DNA of 64,000 bases from Eledone cirrhosa (taxonomy: Eukaryota), in contig OZ024754.1 of the NCBI GenBank assembly GCA_964016885.1, positions 14,074,001 to 14,138,000 of the forward strand, in the 5' to 3' direction. A program made the translations under genes and the position numbers. The number at the start of each line of letters is the position of its first letter. Positions within the stretch are counted from its first letter, which is position 1. Below, in pieces: positions 47,746-61,312 of the stretch. A model generated the notes under the pieces. It had not been told where the DNA came from. It was given only the letters and a program-made list of their open reading frames with translations, and did no database searches.

Positions 47746-48430
47746 GCTGGTGACACCATAAAATGTACCCAGTCCACCCCTGTAAAATAATAGTGCTGGT
47801 ACCATGATAAAATGTACCCAGTCCACCCTTGTAAAATAATAGTGCTGGTGACACCATAAAATGTACCCAGTCCACCCTTGTAAAATAATATTGCCGGTGA
47901 CACCATAAAATGTACCCAGTCCACCCTTGTAAAATAATAGTGCCGGTGACACCATAAAATGTACCCAGTCCACCCTTGTAAAATAATAGTGCTGGTACCA
48001 TGATAAAATGTACCCAGTCCACCCTTGTAAAATAATATTGCCGGTGACACCATAAAATGTACCCAGTCCACCCCTGTAAAATAATAGTGCTGGTACCATG
48101 ATAAAATGTACCCAGTCCACCCTTGTAAAATAATAGTGCCGGTGACACCATAAAATGTACCCAGTCCACCCTTGTAAAATAATAGTGCTGGTACCATGAT
48201 AAAATGTACCCAGTCCACCCTTGTAAAATAATAGTGCCGGTGACACCATAAAATGTACCCAGTCCACCCTTGTAAAATAATATTGCTGGTGCCACGATAA
48301 AATGTACCCAGTCCACCCTTGTAAAATAATATTGCTGGTGCCACGATAAAATGTACCCAGTCCACCCTTGTAAAATAATATTGCTGGTGCCACGATAAAA
48401 TGTACCCAGTCCACCCTGTAAGGTGGTAGA
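47746..48430 (-). repeat. 49-bp minisatellite (~14 copies), related to 44180-45132
   Basis: TGTACCCAGTCCACCCTTGTAAAATAATAGTGCTGGTACCATGATAAAA. Confidence 0.95.
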
Positions 48431-49374
48431 GCTGATGCCAACAATACAAAGCTACTGTACGGCTTATTACGAGCTGCCTATGGTCCTTATTCTTCTCCAA
48501 TTTCACCTCTGAGATCTTTTAATATCAACAAATTGTTTAGAGACCCAAAGGGTATCCTTTTAAAATGAAGGGGTCACATCAGTGAACCTTTGAATAGACC
48601 TTCTCATTTGGAAGTGGCTGTAAAACAACTTGTAGAAGATCACGCCATCTAGCGTCGACTGCCTACACAGTCGATTAACTGCCCTTAGTTCTGACATCAG
48701 TGGCTGAGACAATAACACTTGGATAATAACACTTGAAGACAATAGGACATGTGATAATCACGTAGGGGTCACCACTTTAGGCGGGAAGTGGTCGTCAGTC
48801 ATCCCGTCCTATTGGTTATGGTTTACTGGCACATTTCAAACAAAGAATAAAGACATACCTCAACATAATGGAAATTCCGTAGGGCAGGATGGTATTTGTG
48901 CTGAGGTACTGATATGTAGAAGTTGAAACATTCTTTGACTTCTTACAAACCAGATATGTTAGGTTTGGGTAGAAGAAAGTGGTCCCCAAGACTAGAAAGA
49001 TGCATTGATGTTGATGCTTTATAAAGGAAAAGGTGGAAAGGATGATTGTGGTAATCACCGGGGGATATGCCACAAAGCATGTTGTCAGACGCTCTACCGA
49101 TACTGCCAATCCACCGAGAAAGTTAATTTTATTAAATATCTCCAAATTTTTGATTATTTTCCAAATTATTTGAAAATTAGAAGTATAGTAATAAAAAGAT
49201 TAAGGTGTTCATATTGAACTAAAAGCCTTCCATCACAATTAATGAAGCCTGCTAAACTGAAAAAGAGTAAGGAGAGGAGTGAGATGGGTACAACCAGGTT
49301 TAACAATCCCCTAGAAACAGTGTATGTCAATGCAGTGCCACTACAACTTGCCCAGGAATAATGGGACCAGACAT

Positions 49375-49578
49375 CATCATCATCATCGATTAACGTCTAT
49401 CTTCCACGTTAGCATGGGTTAGATGAGTTTGTCCCATTTAAAGGCAAGTTGGGTCTGGTGACTATGTCTCACTCATATAGGAGAGTTTCTAGCTGTTTTT
49501 TTACGGCTGGATGACCTTCCTAACACCAACCACATTTACAGTGTGGGTTGGGTGTTTTGTGGTACCAGTATAATATAC

Positions 49579-49610
<32 letters not shown>

Positions 49611-49925
49611 AGTTGTGAAAGAAACTGGGTATAAGAGGGATAAGTTGTGGTGTGCAGGAGAGAAGGCTGAGATGGTATGGCCATGTGATGCACATGTAGG
49701 ATGACCGCTGAGTAAAGAAGCGCCAAGAAATCCCAGTAGAAGGAAGATGCAGAGGAGATAGACCACATAAAACATGGGCGGAGGTTGTGAGAGCAGACCT
49801 CAGATCACTGAAACTCACCGAGGAGATGACGAAGGACCGTGACAAGTGGAGAGATGCTGTGCTGAATAGGACCCGTCCAACCCTTGCAAGCAGGGAAAAG
49901 CGGATGTAAAATGATGATGATGATG
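49375..49925. mobile_element. Two back-to-back RTE-family 3' ends (minus 49375-49565; plus 49612-49925)
   Basis: VQERRLRWYGHVMHM...DRPHKTWAEVVRADL; (ATG)n tails. Confidence 0.8.
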
Positions 49926-50343
49926 ATATACATATACATACATGCACATATCATGATAATGATATACACATATATATATATTTGCATGCATATACATATA
50001 CTATATATGTAATATACATACACATATCATACATATACATACACACTTCATATATATATACATAAATACACACATATAATTAGAGCTTCAACACAAACAA
50101 GGACAAATTTGACAATCACAAAAATAAACCACAATTTAGGAATAATTGAGATAATAAGCAAAAAACGATCGTGTTTCATTTATTAAGTTGCATTGTAATT
50201 ATCTCCTAGACTACAGGAAATATTCTAAACGAGTTTCTCGTACATACATATATACATTTGTACATACATACATATATGCATTTGTACATACATATATACA
50301 TTTGTACATACATACATATATACATTTGTACATACATACATAT

Positions 50344-50950
50344 ATGGTGGCTGCCAACTCGTTTTCGAGTACGGCCACTACTTTATATCCATGTAGGAGA
50401 ACCCCTACTGATGCGCTGAACGAGTGTGACTTTTTAGTCCAGCCAGCGACTTGAAAACTCTGGTACAAACACTACACTTGTGACAATTATTGACACATAG
50501 TGCTGGGCCCATGGTACCATGTGACGACAAATGCAGAGATCTCCAGATATAAAGCAATGCCTGTGCCGTGAAGCTTTTATAGTGAGCAAAGGCACTGCAC
50601 AAGGCCAGTCCCACTCTCTTAACCAAGATGATATTTACCAAAAAGAAGAATAAGTCAACATCATTGGATACCATCAGGGTTGCAGGTGTTATATCAGAGT
50701 TTTCCTTCTCCTAGAATTCTGCCTTGACAAAGGCTAAGGATTCATCTCTCCCAGTGATTTTGGATGGCCATTGACTCTTAAGAGCTCCTTTGCCCTTTGA
50801 CAGGTTTTGTTTTTAGTCCTGCAGGATATCCAAAGTCACCCTCCTCACCAAGAAACCCTGGTGGGGTTGCCAGTTTAGTCGCCAATGACCCGACCATGAG
50901 ACAGGTTGTACTGGGATACATGTTACCAGTAGCACCAACTGGTGACCTGA
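50344..50950 (-). mobile_element. Bipartite non-autonomous RTE derivative (5'UTR + 3' end, (TATG)n tail), copy 1
   Basis: RTE 5' motif GGAGAAGGAAAACTCTGA; terminal C2H2 CSVCTRVFKSLAGLKSHTRSAH; no RT sequence between them. Confidence 0.75.
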
Positions 50951-51147
50951 CATACATATATACATTTGTACATACATACATATATACATTTGTACATACA
51001 TACATATATACATTTGTACATATATACATATACACATTTGTACATACATATATACATTTGTACATACATACATATATAAATACATACATTTGTACATACA
51101 TACATACATTTGTACATACTTACATACATACATTTGTACATACATAC

Positions 51148-52584
51148 ATGCCTGTCCTAACACCAACGTTTGGAATACTCAATTGGACGATAGACAAAAT
51201 CCGAGCAGTTGATGTTGGAACTCGAAAAATACTGAACAACACCGGAAACTTCCACATCAACGGTGACATAGACCGCCTTTACTTGAAACGTAGGCAGGGA
51301 GGCAGAGGCCTAACATCAGTCCAGACAACATTTGAATGTCGCATCATATCTCTCCGACAACATCTACGAACCTCGAAGCGTAGGAGCCCGTTTCTCGAGC
51401 AAGTCTATCTGCATGAAACAGATAAGATCATGAGAGTTGGGAAGGAACTCCTTGAGAGATATTCCCTGTGTGATAATCAAAAAATCACACCCAGGGATGT
51501 CGCTCAGCAGTATCGCAGTGAATCCATGGATGAAAAACTGCATGCCTATCAGCAAAAAATCATGCATTCATATGTTGCCAGGAAGCTCCAGAGTGAGTGT
51601 AATATAGATAAGGAAAGTAGTCTATCTTGGACCAACAACTGCTATATTGGCTCCCACTTTGAAGGATATGCCTTTGCAATCCAAGAATAGGAGATTAGCA
51701 CGAAATACCTGATTCACAAAAGAGATAGGGATGCAGGCAAAACACCTAGATGTGATAACAGGTGCAGACTCTGCAGAACTAACATCGAAGATGTCACCCA
51801 TGTCATCAGCCGCTGTCCAAATATGTCATCGCGGTACTATCTACCTATGAGGCATGATGTAGTGGCCAAAACACTGTACAATGCAATTCGTAAAAAAGAT
51901 AGCCCCGATAATAAACACATTAAAAGCTACAACAATGTGGAAGACATCCATGTACATAATATGAAAGAGTATTGGTGGAATGTTCCAGTAAAAACCCCAA
52001 TAAAATGCAGGCATAACAGACCAGATATTATGATATGGGACAGGGAGAAGAAAACATGCACAGTAGTGGAAATTAGCTGCCCAGCAGATGCCAATATAAT
52101 ATCAAAGATTAGTGAAAAGGAGAATATTTATGCAGAACTGATGAGAAATCTGCAGATACTCCACCCTGATTACACCTTCAGATTTATGCCTGTGATTATT
52201 GGGGCACTGGGGTATGTTAGTAACTGCCTCAATACAAATCTTGAGAAGCTAGGCTTCACAGGAACAGAAAGAACACAACTAGTTAGGAAACTACAAGTAC
52301 AATCCATTAATGGAACAGTAAAAATATGTAAAACATTCCAAAAATGTTGCATCTAATAACTGCATATACACATGTACAGATACAAAGCATATACACATGC
52401 ACACATACAACTCAAAACATCCACATCCACACATACAATAACATCCATATCTACACATGCATGCATACATACATATCTACCTAGTTGATGTTGTGTAAAT
52501 TCCAATGGGAGAGTCTTGTGTCTATGTTAGAAACCGACTCTCTCTCTATTGGTAAAACTTTGTGAAATTATAAAACCAGAAGAA
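51148..52584 (+). mobile_element. R4/Dong-type RLE LINE family A, 5'-truncated
   Basis: GDIDRLYLKRRQGGRG, CRLC-x8-H-x4-C, RHD, RPDI, EISCP; ends AAAACCAGAAGAA|CATACATA. Confidence 0.9.
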
Positions 52585-52677
52585 CATACATACATTTGTA
52601 CATATATACATACATTTGTACATACATACATATATACATTTGTACATACATACATATATATATTTGTACATACATAC

Positions 52678-52987
52678 ATGGTGGCTGCCAACTCGTTTTC
52701 GAGTACGGCCACTACTTTATATCCATGTAGGAGAACCCCTACCGAAGAGCTGAACGAGTGTGACTTTTTAGTCCAGCCAGCGACTTGAAAACTCTGGTAC
52801 AAACACTACACTTGTGACAATTATTGACACATAGTGCTGGGCCCATGGTACCATGTGAGGACAAGTGCAGAGAGATCTCCAGATATAAAGCAATGCCTGT
52901 GCCGTGAAGCTTTTATAGTGAGCAAAAGCACTGCACAAAGCCAGTCCCACTCTCTTAACCAAGATGATATTTACCAAAAAGAAGAAC
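52678..52987 (-). mobile_element. RTE derivative copy 2, 5'-truncated
   Basis: Matches 50344-50650; 36-bp direct repeat at 52578-52613 / 52980-53015. Confidence 0.85.
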
Positions 52988-53015
52988 ATACATACATTTG
53001 TACATATATACATAC

Positions 53016-56000
53016 TAACGGAATTGAGTGATACTACAAGTACAGCCCTTGTAGACAACCACCCCACCTCCACTGACAGACAGAGAGAATGGCCAGCTAA
53101 ATCTAACAGTGAACAGCTCACCAACAATTTTGCTGAAATCCATCCCACTTCCACTGAAGAACAGCGAGAAAGGTCAGCTGACTCTAGTAGTAATTGTCAC
53201 CACATCAACAACGAGGCTGAAATTCATGACTCTACTGTACAAACAGAACACCAAAAACTTGTGGACACCTTACAAGTGATATGGAACGATATGTTTCAAG
53301 AGATACACAGCCTTAATGTGAGTGACAGACCATACAACACTAGAGTCAGTAAAGAACCCACTAAATTGGAATTGGAAGCGGTGAACGAAATAGCTGGCAA
53401 TTATCTGAAGGCTATACGATCTAAAGGTGTAGAAACGACATTTGAAACGCTTAATATTTTGTTAATATGTTTCAGCTGTCACATTGCTATCATATAACAC
53501 ACATCTAAAACCACGCAATCAAGATACAAACAAAAAGCCTGAACCAGCGTGGATGCGAAATTTAAAAAGCAAAATTTTGTCCCTGAGACGAAGTATCTCA
53601 CACATCGCAGTCGTTATGAAATGCAACATAGAGAGCAACTTCACACGACACCAGGAAGACCTAAAAAAAAAAGTTAGAGAGACGATTTGGAGATACAAAA
53701 TTTAAAACTTTAAACTCCAAATTACATCAGTTGAAACAACAACTCACAGCTACAACAGAAAGACTAAAATATAAGTCAACAGCACATAAATGACAAGTGC
53801 TAAATAGATTGTTTGCCAGAGATCCTAAATCAGTTTATCGCAGCTTCGGTGGCAGAAGCTCAATCTCTGTAAATGACACCCCTTCAAAAGAACAGGTTGA
53901 GAGCTACTGGAGACCTGTATGGGAAACGGATGACGGATTCAACAGACAAACTAATTGGCTAAAAGAACTGGAACAGGACTACTGCCAACATGTCCAGACA
54001 AAACAATATGACATAGATGAGTCAATACTGGAAACAGCTCTACAGAAAATGTCGAATAGGAAATCACCAGGCCCAGATCTCATTACAGGATAGTGGTTGA
54101 AGAATTTCACTTTCTATCGGCAAGATCTCATACGGATGTTTACAGAAACCATTAAAGGCACACAAGAACTGCCCAAATGGTTATCAACTGCCACTACTCT
54201 CCTCATTCCCCAAAATAGCCAAACCACCCTTGCTAAAAATTACCGCCCAATAGCCTGCCAAAACATCATGTATAAATTATATACTGGGTGCCTTAACCTG
54301 TTCTTACAGGATCACTGTGCTACCAACAACATCATAACACCTGAGTGGGCTGGTGGAAAGAGGGAGGTGTGGTGTTGCATAGATCACCTACTCACTAATA
54401 AAATGATTCAAGAAAAAACAACAAAGAATCGCAGAAACATGACTGTGGTGTGGCTGGACTATCAAAAAGCATTTGATAGTGTACCTCATGGGTGGATTGT
54501 TAAGGCTTTACAGTTAGCCAAAGTCCCACAACCACTGGTAGCTGCTGTTGAACGTCTGGCCAAGAACTGGTACACCAATTTGGTCCTTAGAGGTGAGAAG
54601 GAGCAAGTTAAGACTGATACGATACATTACCAGAAGGGCATCTTTCAGGGTGATAGCTTGTCAGTGCTACTCTTCGTTCTCTCACTAAATCCACTATCTT
54701 ACCTACTCAGGAAACAAGGTGGACAAAGAAGTGGGTCCAGAAGTATCTCCCATCTTTTCTTTGTTGATGACCTGAAGTTGTATGGGCCAAATATCAATGA
54801 CATCAAGAAACAATTGGACCTCATTACACAATTTTCAACAGACATCAAAATGAAATTTGGTGAGTCCAAGTGTGCTGCATATTTGTCAGTAAAACGTGGA
54901 AGAGCTGTGCCCTGCTCTGGAAATCTAGAGATGAACGGCCTGACAATACAACCTCTACAGTCAGGTGACAACTACAGATATCTTGGACAGGATGAGAATG
55001 TCAGATATGATGGACCCATAAATAAGGAGAGAACCAGAACTGAATACCTCAGAAGAGTAAAGAAAATATGGTCATCAGAACTGTCAGCATACAACAAATA
55101 CATTGCTCACAATACTTATGCTGTGCCAATTCTAACGCCAACATTTGGCCTACTGAACTGGTCATTGCAAGAACTAAGTGAGATGGATGTTAGAACTCGA
55201 AAACTTCTCAGTGTTACTGGGAACTTTAACATCAATGGTGATGTGGATAGGCTATACTTCTCAAGCAAGGAAAGTGGCCGGGGTCTAAAATCCATATTAA
55301 CATCATATGAGACCCGGATAGTAACACTGAAGCAACATCTTCAACAGAGGAAAAAGGTTGGCAACATCTTGCCCAGGTTTATGAGCATGAAAAAAGAAAT
55401 ATCATTAGAATAGCGACTGATCTGGAGGAGAAATATGGAATAAAGCCTGATATAAATCTCTCACCCACAGAAACCGGAAGATCCTATTCTATGTTCAAAC
55501 AAGATGAAAAAATTGACCAATTTACAGAAAAAGTTGTGCATGGATACTTGAGACGTAAAACACAGCATAGAGGGGATAAACCACTCAAAAAACCTGGCAT
55601 GGAGTTCCAATAAGTTTATGACATCACACCTTGAGGGATATCTCTATGCAATACAGGAACAAGGACTCCCTACCAAATATCTGCTGCACAAAAGGGGAGG
55701 GCCATCAGCTGACAATAAATGTAGGCTATGTAAAACAAAGATCGAGGATGTAAGCCACATTGTTGTCAGCTGCGAAAGAATGTCATCTCGCTACTACCTC
55801 CCCATGAGACACAATGGGATAGCTAGAACCATCTGGAACGCACTTCGGAAAACAAAATTAACAACAAATGAGGAAGAATATATTGAGACAGATGGCACTA
55901 AGGAATACTGGTGGAACCTGAAAATAAAAACTGCCACCAAATTAAAGCACAACTGGCCTGATATTGTTGTTTGTACCACACATTGAAAACGTGTTCTGTT

Positions 56001-56373
56001 GTGGAGATCAGCTGCCCACTTGATGTAAACGTTGTCAGAAAAATACAGGAGAAGGGGGACATCTACGGACCATTGATGAGGAGTTTACAAATCCAGTATC
56101 CAAGATACACCTTTAGCTTCATACCCATCATTATTGGAGCTACGGGTTATATACCAACCCGCTTGGACCAAAGTATGACTGAACTTGGATTTGCGGACAA
56201 AGAGCGCAGCTCCCTAATTCATAGTCTGCAAATGGTTGTGATAGCTGGCACCTTCAAATTTTGCAAAACATTCTTGCGATTCAAGGGATGATAATTTCTT
56301 TTCTTTTACAACCTTGCAACCGGGAAGGTGGCCGGTAAAGAAAAATATACTCGAAATTAAGAGGAAGAGATAA
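53016..56373 (+). mobile_element. R4/Dong-type RLE LINE family B, near full length, disabled by stops and frameshifts
   Basis: KSPGPD, NYRPIAC, DYQKAFDSV, GIFQGDSLS, FFVDD, CRLC..H..C, RHN, PDIV, EISCP; ends GAGGAAGAGATAA|CATACATA. Confidence 0.93.
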
Positions 56374-56619
56374 CATACATACATACATTTGTACATACAT
56401 ACATACATACATTTGTACATACATATATACATTTATACATACATATATACATTTTTACATACATACATATATACATTTGTACATACATACATATATACAT
56501 TTATACATACATACATATATACATTTGTACATACATATATACATTTGTAAATACATACATACATGTGTACATACATACATACATACATTTGTACATACAT
56601 ACATTTGTACATACATACA

Positions 56620-57667
56620 TCCATGGATGAAAAACTGCATGCCTATCAGCAAAAAATCATGCATGGATATGTTGCCAGGAAGCTCCAGAGTGAGAGTAAT
56701 ATAGATAAGGAAAGTAGTCTATCTTGGACCAACAACTGCTATATTGGCTCCCACTTTGAAGGATACGCTTTTGTAATCCAAGAACAGGAGAGTAGCACGA
56801 AATACCTGATTCACAAAAGAGATAGGGATGCAGGCAAAACACCTAGATGTGATAACAGATGCAGACTCTGCAGAACTAACATCGAAGATGTCACCCATGT
56901 CATCAGCCGCTGTCCAAATATGTCATCGCGGTACTATCTACCTATGAGGCATGATGTAATGGCCAAAACACTGTACAATGCAATTCGTAAAAAAGATAGC
57001 CCCGATAATAAACACATTAAAAGCTACAACAATGAGGAAGACATCCATGTACATAATATGAAAGAGTATTGGTGGAATGTTCCAGTAAAAACCCCAATAA
57101 AATGCAGGCATAACAGACCAGATATTATGATATAGGACAGGGAGAAGAAAACATGCACAGTAGTGGAAATTAGCTGCCCAGCAGATGCCAATATAATATC
57201 AAAGATTAGTGAAAAGGAGAATATTTATGCAGAACTGATGAGAAATCTGCAGATACTCCACCTTCAGATTTATGCCTGTGATTATTGGGGCACTGGGATA
57301 TGTTAGTAACTGCCTCAATACAAATCTTGAGAAGCTAGGCTTCACAGGAGCTGAAAGAACACAACTAGTTGGGAAACTACAAGTACAATCCATTAATGGA
57401 ACAGTAAAAGTATGTAAAACATTCCAAAAATTTTGCATCTAATAACTGCATATACACATGTACAGATACAAAGCATATGCACATGCACACATACAACTCA
57501 AAACATATACATCCACACATACAATAACATCCATATCTACACATCCATGCATACATACATATCTACCTAGTTGATGTGTAAATTCCAATGAGAGAGTCTT
57601 GTGTCTATGTTAGAAACCGACTCACTCTCTATTGGTAAAACTTTGTGAAATTATAAAACCAGAAGAA
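56620..57667 (+). mobile_element. R4/Dong family A, second 5'-truncated copy
   Basis: High identity to ~51523-52584. Confidence 0.92.
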
Positions 57668-57772
57668 CAGACATACATTTGTAGATACAAACATATATAC
57701 ATTTGTACATACATACATACATACATACATACATACATACATACATACATTTGTACATACATACATACATAT

Positions 57773-58302
57773 ATGGTGGCTACCAACTCGTTTTCGAGTA
57801 TGGCCACTACTTTATATCCATGTAGGAGAACCCCTACCGATGCGCTGAACGAGAGTGACTTTTTAGTCCAGCCAGCGACTTGAAAACTCTGGTACAAACA
57901 CTAGACTTGTGACAATTATTGTCACATAGTGCTGGGCCCATGGTACCATGTGACGACAAGTGCAGAGAGATCTCCAGATATAAAGCAATGCCTGTGCCGT
58001 GAAGCTTTTATAGTGAGCAAAGGCACTGCACAAGGCCAGTCCCACTCTCTTAACAAAGATGATATTTACCAAAAAGAAGAACAAGTCAACATCATTGGAT
58101 ACCATCAGGGTTGCAGGTGTTATATATTCTCCTAGAATTCTGCCTTGACAAAGGCTAAGGGGTCATCTCTCCCGGTGATTTTGGATGGCCATTGACTCTT
58201 AAGAGCTCCGTTGCCCTTTGACAGGTTTTGTTTTTAGTCCTGCAGGATGTGCAAAGTCACCCTCCTCACCAAGAAACATTGGTGGGGTTGCCAGTTTAGT
58301 CG
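57773..58302 (-). mobile_element. RTE derivative copy 3
   Basis: Matches 50344-50881. Confidence 0.88.
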
Positions 58303-58432
58303 ATACATATATATATATACATATATACATACATACATATATACATTTGTACATTCATACATTCATACATGCATACATATATACATACGTACATACATAC
58401 ATAGATACATACATACTACATATATACATACA

Positions 58433-58521
58433 TAAATTCCAATGAGAAAGTCGTGTATCTGTGTTAGAGAGCGATTCTCTCTTTATTGGCAAAGAGTTGT
58501 GAAATTATAAAACCAGAAGAA
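58433..58521 (+). mobile_element. R4/Dong family A-like 3' tip
   Basis: AAATTCCAATGAG...GTGAAATTATAAAACCAGAAGAA|CATA. Confidence 0.85.
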
Positions 58522-58575
58522 CATACATACATATATACATACATACATACATACATACATACATACATACATACA

Positions 58576-58608
<33 letters not shown>

Positions 58609-58937
58609 CAACTAGAAATTGATTGACATATATATATATATCTAAAATACATATGAAACAATCACATGGAATAATTTGTAAAAGTGTGTGAGCAGACATA
58701 GCTATGTAGGTAACTAATTAATGTTTAACTAGAACTTTAAAAATAGATATCTTATAAATGGATTAAAGTGGATGTATATATACATATACGTATATATATA
58801 CACATATATACATGCATATATATATACATATATACATACGTACATATATGCATATGTACATACATACAGGCAGACATATATATATGTACACATATACGCA
58901 TATACATATGTATGCACAAACATACATACACACATAC

Positions 58938-59207
58938 ATGATGGCTGCAAACTCTGCCGAGAGTATTGCAATCGCTTGTCAGATTCAGATGTGTGACACT
59001 CGCATATGGCTTTTCAGGCCTGCTAGAGACTTGCACTCCTTCACACACTGACGACAACTATGGATCTCCCTGGCTTCAGGTCCTGCATCAGGTTGCCTGT
59101 GAACCCTCACAACACCGTGGAGATCATAGTTCACTGGTTCTCTTTGAACATGGCTGCAACTGTGGCTCCTGAGTCCAGATTTGCCCAAGCCAATCATTCC
59201 ATACTCG
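58938..59207 (-). mobile_element. Related RTE 3' end with (TATG)n tail
   Basis: C2H2 CRQCVKECKSLAGLKSHMRVSH. Confidence 0.75.
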
Positions 59208-59229
59208 TACATATGTATATATATACATT

Positions 59230-59970
59230 CATACATACATATATAAAGACACATAGGCATACATACATATATAAAAACAGAAAACATACGTACATACATA
59301 CACACAATACATATATACAAACATACATACATACATACATATATACATACATATATAAAGACACACACAGACACTTAGGCATACATACATATATAAAAAC
59401 AGAAAACATACGTACATACATACACACAATACATATATACAAACATACATACATACATATATACATACATATATAAAGACACACACAGACACTTAGGCAT
59501 ACATACATATATAAAAACAGAAATCATACGTACATACATACACACAATACATATATACAAACATACATACATACATATATACATACATATATAAAGACAC
59601 ACACAGACACTTAGGCATACATACATATATAAAAACAGAAATCATACGTACATACATACACACAATACATATATACAAACATACATACATACATATATAC
59701 ATACATATATATAGACACACACAGACACTTAGGCATACATACATATATAAAAACAGAAAACATACGTACATACACACACACAATACATATATACATACAT
59801 ACATATATACATATATACATACATATATAAAGACACACACAGACACTTAGGCATACATACATATATAAAAACAGAAAACATACGTACATACACACACACA
59901 ATACATATATACATACATACATATATACATACATATATATAGACACACACAGACACTTAGACATACATAT
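59230..59970. repeat. ~118-bp CATA-rich tandem repeat; resumes at 60520-61010
   Basis: Recurring AAAAACAGAAAACATACG...GACACTTAGG. Confidence 0.9.
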
Positions 59971-61312
59971 GTAGCAGGAGTTGCCTCCCTTGTTGTGACA
60001 CTCACATCCCCAATAGATTAACGCTCTCTAGACAGGAAGTAGAACCCTTTCTGTAACTTCCGGTCAGAACCCTATAAAACTAATAACTGTTTCTACTTTT
60101 GGCACAAGCCCAGCAATTACCCAGTGCATTACTGGTACTTTATTTTATCGACCCCGTAAGGATGAAAGGCAAAGTTTAACCTCGGCGGGATTTGAACTCA
60201 GATCATACAGGGAGGTAACTCTATGCTTCAAAGCATGGCGTTCGACCCTCTACCGATACTGCCAATCCACCGCCTTTAAAACTAATAACGTTAAACTCCC
60301 TATCTCTCATTTGCCTTTCCGGCGCCTGGCCTTCGCCAGGCGTCTTCTGCCGGGCGCGTTCACCTGGCAACCAAAACGGTAACTAATAACTTTGCTTCAT
60401 TCTTTCATCTATTCATTGACATGTCAACTATACTGTTCTATATATCCACAAATTGTTAATTAAATATTATACACACAAATCACGTCTCATGTTATACTTA
60501 TACAACCCAGTATATTGTTATACATACATATATAAAAGCAGAAAACATACGTACATACATACACACAATACATACATATATACAAACATACATACATACA
60601 TATATACATATATAAAGACACTCACAGACACATAGGCATACATACATATATAAAAACAGAAAAGATACGTACATACATACACACAATACATACATATATA
60701 CATACATATATACATACATATATACATACATATATAAAGACACACACAGACATTTAGGCATACATACATATATAAAAACAGAAAACATACGTACATACAT
60801 ACACACAATACATACATATATACAAACATACATATATACATATATACATACATATATAAAGACACACATATACAAACATACATACATATATACATACATA
60901 CATATATAAAGGCACTCACAGACGCATAGGCATACATACATATATAAAGACACACACAGATACATAGACATACATAAATATATAAAAACAGAAAACATAC
61001 ATACATACATGCTAATTTATATACACTAGCAGAAAAACTGCCCTCGCAGGCGGTTTTCTGCTAGCATATGTAGTGTGCATATTGGTTTTATATGCAAATA
61101 TATATGCTTATAGATATGATACGTAAATTGAAAAGTAAATTGACAATATCTTCTTCTTTGCCCACTTATTTATGAGAATATCGTGTGTGTGTGTGGGGGG
61201 GGGGGGGGGGTCAGGCTACTGAATATCGAGACGTTTGGGGAAGTCAGGCTACTGACTGCGAGATTCTTATCTTCACTGACGGCTCGCCTAACAGAGGTAA
61301 CTGGTGAAGCTC

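Noticed and set aside
50405-50674. Host C2H2 zinc-finger gene
   Set aside because: A single finger at the end of a multi-copy RTE-derived element.
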